Shown here piece after piece: positions 25,881-36,747 of a stretch of DNA of 58,532 bases (position 1 is the first letter of the stretch; every line of letters begins with the position of its first letter). The translations under genes and the position numbers were made by a program. The stretch comes from Perkinsus olseni (lineage: Eukaryota). Location: contig JABANN010000165.1 in assembly GCA_013115125.1 (NCBI GenBank), forward strand, positions 1 through 58,532, written 5' to 3'. The notes below the pieces were generated by a model. The model made no database searches, was not told where the DNA came from, and worked only from the letters and a program-made list of their open reading frames with translations.

Positions 25881-28800
25881 ATGAAAAAGTAATAAAAAAC
25901 GCGCCTCGCTCCGCTAAGGATTTACCAGGACAATAGCGCACATACTATCCGGGAAGATGGCGTCACTTCCAGTCTTAACGATTTCTTCATGAACAGACGC
26001 CTCCGCTCCGAGCTGAAAAAGGCCATGTCGCGCGCCACGAAATCGCAAGAGGCTCGACCGTCACGCGCCACGAAATTCACCTCGACGTCTCTTGCCGGCG
26101 GCGAGATGCCAGTAGACGCCGTGTTGAGTTCATGGGGAGCATCGTGCAAACCTGCAAAAATGCAATAAAATCAGGCAGCGCTAGGACGAATCGCGAAAAA
26201 ATCAGAAAATTTTTCGACTGGTCAATTTTTTTACCTTTTTCAGCAGATCGGCGCTCTTTCCGTCTCTTGAAGAACGAAGAGGCAATTCCAAATCCGAGGA
26301 CCTGGCGAAAAAATCATAAAAATGCCCAACCCCGGGATCGAACCCGGGCGTAAAGCAGCCCTACGAAGAACTCAATTATATAGTCGCTGAAGGCCAGGAC
26401 GTCCAGCCAAGCGTAGACGCCTTGATCGGAGTTGCGAGTATCGGGATGGACGATCGGGTCCAGGAATGCTCGAGGGGAAAATCTGGGGGAAAAAGTCTGC
26501 GTAACGTGAAAAAGAAGATCCTGGGATCCGAACCAGGGACCTTCCGCATGGCGGAGGTGAAGCTTGACCTACTCGACATAATTCATGGGTTGATCGAGCA
26601 GCACCAGGCACATTATGCAGACGATGAGGAGAAGATAGCTGATACCCACTATGGCGGTCTGATTCCGCACACGGGAGGCGACCTGCAAACGGAAAAATTA
26701 CCCGCAAAATCGTTCCCGAAAATTGGGTAAATTTCTCCGGAGGGATATCAGTAAGGGCTGTACCCCGTCCCCCACCATCTAGATTCTTTCCGCGCGCCAC
26801 GAAATCTCGGCGTCTCTCACCATCGCTTTTTTCCGAGCTCTCAGTCCCGCCATCAACCTCAAACGATACCGCCAACTCCCCGAGGCAAATCTAAAACAAC
26901 AAAAAAGTCGCCCCTCCCCGGAATGGAACCCGGGACCTTTCGATTACCTCCTCTTATGGTCAGCCGACGTCATAGGAGGTTTCCCAGGTTTCGCCGCGGT
27001 ATTCTAAAATACGACAGACCACGGGATAGAACCTCCGACCATCAGCAAGTGACTCTATTGTACTACCAATTCCAGCAAACTCCCCGTCTCAAACTTCGGT
27101 CCATTATGGTCCATAAAATCATGAGGCGGCCCAGCAACCACAGGTAAACCACACCAACGCCTTTCAACCTAAACGATAGCAAACATTCCCACCCAGGTTC
27201 GAATCCCACCGCCGGCATTTTCTTAAACTCACCACTGAATGCATGTCCTCTCTGACGTCATTCATCTGAGGTTCCAAAATCGACAGCTCCGCAGCATGGG
27301 TCGTCATGACCCGTTTGAACGCCGTACGGATCGTCAGCACGGCCACTGATAAGTAAATCGATCACCTGGGCGCGCGCTAAGTTAACCCCTACCGATATAT
27401 GCCAGTAAGAACACGAGAACTCCCAGGAAAAGCCCTCTGATGCCGATGATGTCAGCGGGCGAGACCGTGCTGGCGAAATCACAGTATCTGTCGGAACCCG
27501 AAATAATTTCGTGGCGCGTGACGGAAAAGAAATCGGGATTTTTAGGAAATTTTTTATGAAAAATTGGGAAAAAAACGAAAAGTTGCACTTTTCCCGCCTG
27601 AAAAAAATTTTCCCGATAATCGAGACTCACGGCTGGACTGCTATCGCCGTTTGAGGCACCGTGGTCGGTTGATCGTGCTGGAGATAAATCGTCTGCGTAC
27701 ACCCATGGTCCTGACAAAAATACATCCCAGGAATCGAACCAGGGACCTTCCGCTTACGATATAGTCGTTTTCATCCGCTCCCCACTTGACCGTTTTAGCA
27801 CAGGTCGAATTCCCAGTCAGCGGTTTCGGTGACGGTTGGCCGTTCGGACCATTAAGGGCGAGCCAACACGAGACAGGCGCATGACACCGCACCTAGCAAG
27901 CAGAGCAAAAATCTTCCGCGTGCGCAAAGATTCTCCAAGATACTCACATAACAAAGATGTCCCGGACCGCAATCTTCATACTGATATCGAGATGGTATCC
28001 AACAGGTCGAACCCGCACCATTATCCTCTGAAATCGCCAAAAATCTTCGCTGTGCGCAAGATACCCGCATCCCTTACTTTGGAAGCCCACCGCTGCTGCC
28101 CTATAGTTGGTGATATTATCGAAAGAGAACGTGAGTTGACAGAACGTTCCATCAACATTAACATCATGCGGGACGACCGAAGCACTCGGGCACTCGAAAA
28201 GTGGGTACGTTTCTGAACAACGACACAAATTCCCGTTTTTTCAGCCCTCGGAGGACCTGGCCCAGTAAATTTGTATCACGCGGTAAAATTTTTTTCTCAA
28301 AATTTCGGGGCGCAATTTTCCACTCACAGTTCGGCACTCACAGAGACCCCAAAAATACCAAATAATAATCGCTTCGCTCCGCTCACCTCCTGACTTGATC
28401 CATGCCAACGACCACGTGTATATCGTAGCCGCGAGCGCTGCACAAACAATGAGATAAGTCGCCGCGCCCGGAATCCGAAAAACCAAAAATGACGCGATCG
28501 GCCAGGCTTTCGGTTTCGGCTTCAGGGACTTCTCCGCAGTATGCTCTTCCTCGAACTTTCTATCACGCTCCTAACCCAAAGACCCCGAGTTCAATTCTTG
28601 GTTGAAGCATTTTTCTACCTCTTCCGCTTTCGTGAGATACTCCTTTCGGCTCTCTTCATCTCCCCCAGGGATTTGCCGCAGATTATGAAGAGGGTCAGTC
28701 AACGACACAACGGTTCTGAAAATTCCGCGAGAAAAAATCTTCTTCCACTAGCCGGGATTCGAACCAGGGACCTCCGGCGTCAGAAACTATCAGAAAACTC

Positions 28801-31002
28801 TAGCCCATCTGTCCGCCTAGCTTGTCCTCTCGCGTCGACGGCCCTGCGAGTTTGCGAGATCGTAGTCAGGAATTTTAAATTTCGATAAATTTCGTTTTTT
28901 CTGCCCCGGTCTGAAAATTCCATAGGGAATTTCACAAATTAATCAGACAAAACGTAGCAATTTTAATAATCTTTTCTGCTCCAATAACTTTTCCAATAAA
29001 ACGACCCAACCCCCGCCAATCTCTTCACTACCTTTTACGAGTACTTCCCGTCATCCCAGTGCTGCTCCTGCGCGATGGTGCCGGGTGAAGCGGCGGGCGT
29101 GCGCGGTGGCTCCTCTGGGCCACCAGCGGTGACATCCCTGAGCAAATATATATCCTCGTCCACATTACGGCAAGAAAAAATTTCCACCCGACCGTCGGGA
29201 AAAGGGGATAAAATAAAGAGATTTCTCTCCCAAAAAAATTCGCAAATTCTCAAGCTCTTCAGAGAGGCTTTTCCCTAATTGATTCCAATCACCCAACCAC
29301 CACGATTTTCCACCCCGCAACGAAATTTCGGTCCGCTCGAAATAGCTGAGTTTCCATCACACACTTCGCAAGAAAGTCAGCTCGACCAACTCAACTAATC
29401 GCCCGTAAAAATGTGCATCAGGGCTAGTCTCGTTGCGCCGGTTGTCGGCGTTGGATTTGAAACTCCCACCCACAAGAAGAAAAAACCTGCGGGAAAACGA
29501 AATTTCAGATTTTCAATGATCACAGCCGCAGCTTTGCCGAGTAGAACGTGAATGCGATTTTCAGCCAGAACGATAATCTCGTGGAAGACCTTAACGGCTG
29601 TGAGTTTTCTGTTAGCGCTCGAAAGCGCGATGAACGGAAATTTCTAAAAAATATTTTCTTCTCAGAAACCAGGGTTGCCTCGAAACCAAAAAAGAAATTC
29701 TCAACCAAAAGCAAATTTCCTGGAAAAAATCGTTCTCCCCATAAGAAGGAAAAATAAAGCTATACCAACTTTCCCCCATTTTACGCGGATCCACTCCAAT
29801 GTGTGGAACGTTTCCGTGGTCATTGAAATGATGCTCCGATGATATCATAAATCGATCAACTGAATGAACTGTATTTCTCACCCGCGTACGAAACCAACGA
29901 CATTCAATAGTCCGTCCGAATGACCGCGCGCCCGGACATTCCTCCCTTTCCGAGACACCAGTTGCAAAAGTACAAATTAAAAAAACAAAAAGAAAAGCAA
30001 ATTATCGATTCTGTCAGTATCCACGGAGCCGAGCCCTTCGTCAACTGTCATCTGCTTCCTCTCACCTTCCGAAAATAAATTCCAAACGACGAAAAAGATA
30101 ACTAATGGCGTGAAAATACTCGCCGGAAAATTCTCCAATTTTCTCTTAAATGATGATTGTAATTCTAATTTCGCTCGTCCCGATGCGCATCTGCATCTGA
30201 GTAATTTATCAGAGACACTCCACCAGCGGTATAAAACTTGATATGGCCCCAACTCGCACGGCGCTGCTGCTTCATAGTGACTCAAATGCTGCAAAGACGA
30301 GCAGGAAAAAAAGAAGATGCTTCCCATTCGTGGATAAAACCAGTTGGAGTTCGCAGGAAACGGCAAGAGCTGAATTCTAAATCGCTCTGGAAACGTGAAC
30401 CATACCAAAAAACGTGGTTCAACATGATTAATTTTCAAAGATTCGTCGTACATATTCGGCGCTTCACAACTACTGTTAGCGATCAATAATCACGATGAGC
30501 CAATGCGAGCTACCGCCGTGCTGATTTCACCCAGCAGGCATACGAATGAGATTGACCTCTGTTTCCAAATTTTTTTCATTTCCTCCGACGCACCTCGAAA
30601 TCGCCTTTCTCTTCAAAAATGTGCGTTCATCAACTCAAGGTAGTCATCGCAAATTGCGATTCGCAATCCACAAACATCTCATGACCGCGCGCCACGAAAT
30701 TCCCCTCCCTTTTTATAACCTTTCGGAGGCGGTATATCGCTGTTGTGATGTCTCTGTCTCTCGTTCGCCTTACGGTTCATATTTCGCTCGCCTTTATGCA
30801 ATTTGCATGAATCGCGCATGTCCGTGGAGGCTGCGGATCACCCCGTCACTAAATCGAATCAGGCATCACTAGATAAGCTCTTTGTGGAACTAACTGCCAT
30901 ACTAGCAAGATGTTTCAAGTGCGCAAGATTTTAATGTTGCGAGCCTTTGTTGCCTGATGTTGGTAAATCTACAGAGCCACGGAAGGGCATTTTCGCGCTG
31001 TG

Positions 31003-31146
31003 ATATCGAGTTGATATTATCAACCGAAGAGGGATTGTCAATAAGTTATTGACAATAACGATTCTCATTCTAGCAGTTGCAGTTGTTACACTGCCGATGA
31101 TACGAGCTCTAGTAGAGCTGTTCTACATAAGCCTTATGTCATAAGG
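31003..31146. repeat. Cluster of four 22-nt inverted-triplication scars (putative hAT excision footprints)
   Basis: 31038-31059 t-caataa-g-ttattg-a-caataa-c and 31125-31146 a-cataag-c-cttatg-t-cataag-g are perfect. 31003-31024 and 31105-31126 each have one mismatch. Confidence 0.75.
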
Positions 31147-31689
31147 GCATTTACATCAAACAAATAGGAAGATGCAGGTTCCATCACGAAACGTGATGAC
31201 GTTAGATGCGTGGATGCGTTTGAATAGTTGTTAAGATAAAGCGGCAGACTGGAGGAAGAGGAGTAGATTGAGTAGTGAGACGCGGCGTCCGGCGGACGCC
31301 TGTGATGAAGTTTGGAAGAAGGGAGATATGTTTCGTTGAAGTCGGGAGAAAATAGGTCATTGGAACGTGCGTTCGCAGGGAGTTCACGAGAGTGTGTGCG
31401 AAGTAACTATATCCATAGGCATTATCGGTAACGATTCCGCAGTAGTTACGCTACCGACTGCAGTCTACCAGTATTCAGGTACCGTTGACGCTTGCTCCAT
31501 CTCCGATGCTTCTCAACGACTCCATGGTAGAGTTGCGATCTAGCAAAACATCGAGCTCGTACGAATTCAAGTGGCTTATGAATCTGAAAATGCACTTGGG
31601 CCACCGGGGCGAAGATACATACTGACCTCAGCACTGGATCTGCTCCCAAGTCTTCGTTATCACCGGCTGCGTTGCAACACTCATTGCTA

Positions 31690-31873
31690 GTAGAAGATAC
31701 ACTATGACGATGGTCGGCAGTTGTGGTGGTAGGCATAGCCGGAGTCCTCATATTGCCGGTAGAAGATGCACTATGACGATGGTCGGCAGTTGTGGTGGTA
31801 GGCATAGCCGGAGTCCTCATATTGCCGGTAGAAGGTGCACTATGACGATGGTCGGCAGTTGTGGTGGTAGGCA
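31690..31873. repeat. 69-bp tandem repeat (about 2.6 copies), with a further partial copy at 33010-33061
   Basis: CACTATGACGATGGTCGGCAGTTGTGGTGGTAGGCA... recurs at 31700, 31769 and 31838. Confidence 0.9.
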
Positions 31874-33105
31874 GGGTTTTTCCTTCCCGAGCACTATTAT
31901 TTCTTTCCAATTCTTTCTTCCCGGAAAGAAAGGAAAGAAACAATGTTCGGTTTCTTCCTGGCATCATTGTGCAATTCTTTCCGAGGGGTTTAATGCGATG
32001 GTCTAGCGGTAAACTTCGCTGTTAAGATCCTGATAGTCGGGGGTTCTACCCTAGCGAGTGTCATTTCTGTGCAAAAATGTGTTGTAGCTACCAAATTGGC
32101 ACCGAGTAATCAACAATTTGTTGACAAAGTCATATCGACTTATCAGATGAGTCTTATCCTGCTGGAAATGCGGATTTTCTACTGAGGCATACGTGATACT
32201 CGCATAATGCGAGTCGCATTCAATACAATTCAAGCGTAGATTGTCAGGTTAGGTAATGAACTTATCTTCGAGCCCTAGGCGGCCTGCTGCCGCTACGGCG
32301 TGGCCGCAGGCTATGAGCACGAGGAATTCCTTCCCAGTGACTGTGAACCAAATGACAGGACTGATTATTAATTATTAATTATTAATTACTAATTAAATTT
32401 TCTTGAATCTAGCTGTCACCGCATCACACTATGGCGAACACACGTGTTGATATCCGGAGTTGAGTGACTCAACGACTGGGAATGTATTACGTTCGCTACC
32501 AGACGATCAGATCGTCACGATCTATTGAATAGGCTCCTCGGCTAGCGGCCGCCGCTAAGCGGCGCCACTCCCATGCCGAGGCTCGACTGGCCAATGCGTT
32601 GTCTGGTACTCCAAGGGCAGCTGCGGCGAGCACTACCTGCTCGGTGTACTCATTCCAGACATTAGTCACTTCTGTCGATCGAGATGGAGCCATAGAATTT
32701 CTACGATAGAAATGAATTAATCCAGATAATCAGGAGTCCTGAGTGATTATTCAGGTGAGTCACCCGGGGTGACTATTCACTCGCTTCCTGAGTCAGGAAG
32801 TGGTCAGTACTCCGCCGCTTTGAGAGCGCGATAGTTCACGATATCAAACCGTCGAGAATGACTGTAATATGGCGGAGCTGCTCAGCCTGGGCCGAGCGAA
32901 TGGGCATTCTTTCCACTCTTATTATTTCTTTCCCATTTCTTTCCGGAAAGAAATGGAAAGAAATGGGTAGGAAGAAACTATCGCTTTGTTTCCGGGAAAG
33001 AAAGAACCCTGGTGGTAGGCATAGCCGAAGTCCTCATATTGCCGGTAGAAGGTGCACTATGTCCCTAAACCGCAAGCGGCGGTTTAGGGAGCTCATCCGT
33101 CTACA

Positions 33106-34188
33106 CTACGGGTACACATCAAGTAGTCTTTCACAGAATTGTACTACCGTCTGCAAAGTGTCAGCTATGTCTTCGCCCTGCCCCGATTCCAGCTTCCTCA
33201 GTGCTATCAGGACCGGCTCAGCGCCTTCATTTTCATCCTTCTCGAGGACCACCGTCGTGGCGAGAACTTCCTCGCCTTTATGATACGTTTTCCATGCGTC
33301 AAACTGCATCTGAAAAGAGCTGTTCTGTACTCGATAGCTCACATGAAATGAACCCCAGGATGAAATCCTCACCTGCAGCGGTCGGTTTTGGCGTTTCAAG
33401 CGGCTTTTTACTTCCTCCTTAACTTTTGAGTACCTCTCCTTCACCGCGGTTGACACCGCCTTCGCACTCGGAAGGGAGCGATCTGCGTCAAATGGCCTCC
33501 CGTTGCGAGCGCCGAGGTCCGTCGCCAACTGTATAAGCTTGCGGAAGGCCACAGATTCGGTCACTGTCAAGGGCAGAGCTTGCGCGACTATAAGGTCCAC
33601 ACACGCCTCGAGAAGACGACCCCGTTGGTCCCCGGCCAATGGAGTCGGATCTTTAATATAATGCAATACAGACGGAGTATCCTTTCGTTTCCCCGAGCAC
33701 GCTTTAAGATGACGGGTGAGGGTACTAGTGTTACCCTTCTTGCACTTGAATATGGTGCGGCATAAGCTGCACACAGCAAAGTCCTTGCAAACGACACGAG
33801 AATCTTTCACGCGGATCTTCATGAAGGCCGTTGTCGACCAGACGTCTGAGCGGGCACTAGAATTCTTGGGTAGGAAAGGCTCGAATATACGCTCATCCAG
33901 CTTCTCCGTGGGCTTGGGTTCCGGAAGAGAGGAATGAGTACCCGAGGCGCAGTCATCGACCTTGTCTCCTTCCGCACGCGTCCCCTGTTCCTCATTGTTG
34001 GGTGCTACGAACACCTTCTTTCTCTTTGTCGGAGGAGAACCCGTGAGGAAGCCCTTTTGTTTCGCATCACCCTTCTCGCCCTCCAACTCCAGGCGCAAGG
34101 CTCGAGCAGCGATATCAGCTGCTGTTTCAGAGATGATGGGCACCTCGTCTACCACTAGATGAGCAGCTGACGATGAAGATGATGCCAT
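33106..34188 (-). pseudogene. hAT-superfamily transposase, C-terminally truncated fragment
   Basis: BED zinc finger (SDVW...CSLC...GNTSTLTRHLKAC), Hermes-type DNA-binding/dimerisation region (LPLTVTESVAFRKLI...LPSAKAVS) and first catalytic Asp motif (QFDAWKT). An in-frame 63-nt GT-AG intron lies at 33310-33372. The ORF stops long before the remaining catalytic residues. Confidence 0.85.
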
Positions 34189-34198
34189 AGATAAACAT

Positions 34199-34970
34199 CT
34201 AGCTAACATCTATATCCCAATCCTCCGCAAGGTCAACCAACAGGGACAGTAACCGGCCTCTAACTGGAGAATGTGGATGTGTAGGCGGTAGATCATCGGA
34301 GCAACCTCCGGCTATAGTGAGTATCGCCGACCTTCCCTCTTCCATCGCAGATTGTACATCCACTATCGAAAGAGGGTCTTCAGCCGTCAACAGAGAATCG
34401 ATTACACCAGGATGGCGCAGAAGAATACGTTCAAACTCCACCCGTAACGCTTTGAAACGTACAATGCCCTGGGGGAGGAAAAGAGACGAATAATGAGGGT
34501 TCCTGAGGCCCCCAAGATAACCATCACGTAGAACAGGAGAAGCCTGGCTAGGGGAACTCGCAAGACCAGACGTAGAAGCACAAGTAGAGGTAGTACAGGA
34601 GGGCAGGAGGGCCACAGGATCATGCTTTCATGAGGATGACTGGTTCCGACTTGGCCCTTTGCCAGCCGAAGGTGACACGGGCGCAGAAGGGCCACCCGCC
34701 AGTTCACCTCGCGTCTGACCACTTTGGTTGGCCTCACGGCGGGGCCTCTTACAGTCCCGATTACCCCGCGGCATTGGATGCGCCGTGCGGCAATGGAGGC
34801 AGACATGCCTACGCCCCATAGGACACGGCTCGTCTCCATTCGCGCCACCACAGCGACCATTCTGGTAGGAGAAGCAGATCTCGTTCCCGCGGTGGGCAGC
34901 CTTGCCACGGCCTCCTTTGTCCTTGTTATCAGTCTTAGCTTGGTTCTGATCAGCGCCAGCAGACCGTAGA
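34199..34970 (-). mobile_element. Fragment of a DIRS/Ngaro-like (tyrosine-recombinase) retrotransposon: gag zinc finger and start of pol
   Basis: CFSYQNGRC...CPMGRRHVCLHCRTAHP...C zinc-finger array, followed in another frame by GGLRNP...SPVRGRLLSLLVDLAEDWD, a pre-RT segment I recall from alveolate DIRS-like elements. The RT itself is absent. Confidence 0.6.
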
Positions 34971-34986
34971 CGAAAAATTTTCGCAG

Positions 34987-35257
34987 GGTGTACGAAATGA
35001 CGGTGTACGAGTTGAAAGCGGGTGTGTGTATGAAATGACGGTGTACGAGCATTATGTGTACGAGTGTACTGTGTACGAGTATTATGTGTACGAGTATTTT
35101 GCGTACGAGTTTTACATGTACGAGTTTTCTGTGTATGGGTTTTTGATGTACGAGTCCTCGGTGTACGGATATTTGGTGTACGAGTCGAAGGTGTACGAGT
35201 ATTCGAGACACGAGTCGAAAATGTACGAGCTTTCGGTGTACGAGTCGTGAACATCCC
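34987..35257. repeat. 15-bp period array: conserved GTGTACGAG plus 6 variable nt (about 17 units); probable subterminal repeat of a DNA transposon end
   Basis: gtgtacgag-cattat, -tgtact, -tattat, -tatttt ... -tcgtga, ending acatccc at about 35257. Confidence 0.8.
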
Positions 35258-36574
35258 GTCGGAATTTCACCCTAAATAACAGTACCATTCCTTTTGCTAC
35301 TCCCAACCGGTTCCGGTGGTTCCTGATAAGAGGAAGATGGTGGCGCCGTGAGAGAGCAGCCATCGTCCTCAGTTGATGTCGCGGACGGCTGGCGGTCCGC
35401 CAAGACACTCGAAAGCGGCGGGGAGTCGATACCCGATTTACTGGGCTGAATTTATAATGTGTGAATAACAACAACTACTACTCATCATACCGCTCCTTCC
35501 ACAACTCCTGGCCGAGAATCCACGACGGAAGAATGCTGCTATATCCTCTGAGGCCTTCACTACCCTATTCACTGGAATTGAGAAACTCGACTGAGCACCT
35601 TCGTCAAGTCCTCACAGACAGACTTCCACCAAAACTAGACGCTCATGTCGTTGATCCTTCGATAAGAAGTTACCGCACGCCACGAAATTGCCGTACCATC
35701 ACCACCGGCCCTCCCAGGCTTGTACGAGCTACTGAACGGAATCAAAGTGCAATGGCCGATAAAAATATCCCCCCCCGGCTTCGAGACGGCGACGAACACT
35801 CAACTGTGAGCCCTGAGACGTGACGACGCGAGGAATAATTTGAAACTGTCGGTAAATATCTGAATCGTCAGTCAGACCGCACGAAAACCGAGTAAACCTG
35901 GCAAGCTGCCTTGGGGTCAGCTTGCCCTTGGATGAGAGCTTGGTCTTGGGTAACTTCCTGGCCTTGGTAGGCAGCCACCACTTGGATAAAAGTTCGGGTT
36001 TCTAGTTGCCCTGTCGGTTTTCGGGTGGGGTTTCGGGTTTCCCTTTCTCCGCACTCACCCGCAGTCATTTGTTTTTTTCTCAAGGCTGGCGGTTGAAGTT
36101 CGACTTGCAGTTGGGGTTTAACTCATAGTTGGTGTTCCTCTCGGGGTTCAGTTTTACAGTAAAACTTTTACTTGGGGGAAAAATTCAGTTAGCACTCACT
36201 TTGTAAGATCCACTTCAAAAAAGTCACTTCCTGCGTTACGATAGATTGAAGCCCGACAGAACCCGAACCCGAACTCTTCAAACTTTGAGTTGAAAGTTTG
36301 AAGTTCAAACTGCCTTGGACGAAGCTGCTCTTCTGTACAACAAGTGCAGTTTTCGTACAATCTTACTCACGATTCAGATATTTACTGATACTTTCAGTCA
36401 GAGCCGACGCGACGGGCGTCAGAAAATTCTCGCGCGCCACGAAATTATCACGCCCCAACGGGGGAAAGTTTTCCCGGAAAACCATATTTCTAAAGAAAGC
36501 TGCCATTTTCTAAAGAAGTTTCTCGCTCGCCCCCTCGCTTAGATTTTCGCCTCCTTCCTCGTTTTGCCTTGTGC

Positions 36575-36643
36575 CTCCCATATGGTCTAGCGCCTCAACG
36601 TGGCGTGGGAGTGATACTCTTTCGGAGTATGCTAAGCTAGACC
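36575..36643 (+). ncRNA. HDV-like self-cleaving ribozyme at the LINE 5' end
   Basis: P1 CTCCCAT(36575-81)/GTGGGAG(36605-11); P2 GGTCTAGC(36584-91)/GCTAGACC(36636-43); P3 GCC/GGC with L3 TCAACGT; P1.1 CA/TG(36612-13); P4 ATACTC/GAGTAT; J4/2 GCTAA with the catalytic C at 36632. Confidence 0.9.
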
Positions 36644-36747
36644 GGTTATACCGTGCTCGACAATCACCCAACGGGTGGTGACGGAGTGGCGGTGACTTCC
36701 ACCTGCCCCCCTTTTTTTTGTTCGGCTTTCCGCACATCTCTTCCAGT

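Noticed and set aside
10177-27717. A protein family with repeated SRATK / NFVARD / TRHEI / GIEP peptides seen in many short ORFs
   Set aside because: These peptides appear in all frames and on both strands. They are translations of the DNA 18-mer and B-box motifs, not proteins.
6577-30720. Integrated giant virus or Polinton explaining the distinct sequence texture
   Set aside because: No capsid, pPolB, integrase or packaging ATPase motifs were seen. The region consists of spliced host-type genes.
34987-35257. CRISPR-like repeat-spacer array
   Set aside because: The repeat is 9 nt and the spacers 6 nt, far too short. The context is eukaryotic and there are no cas genes.
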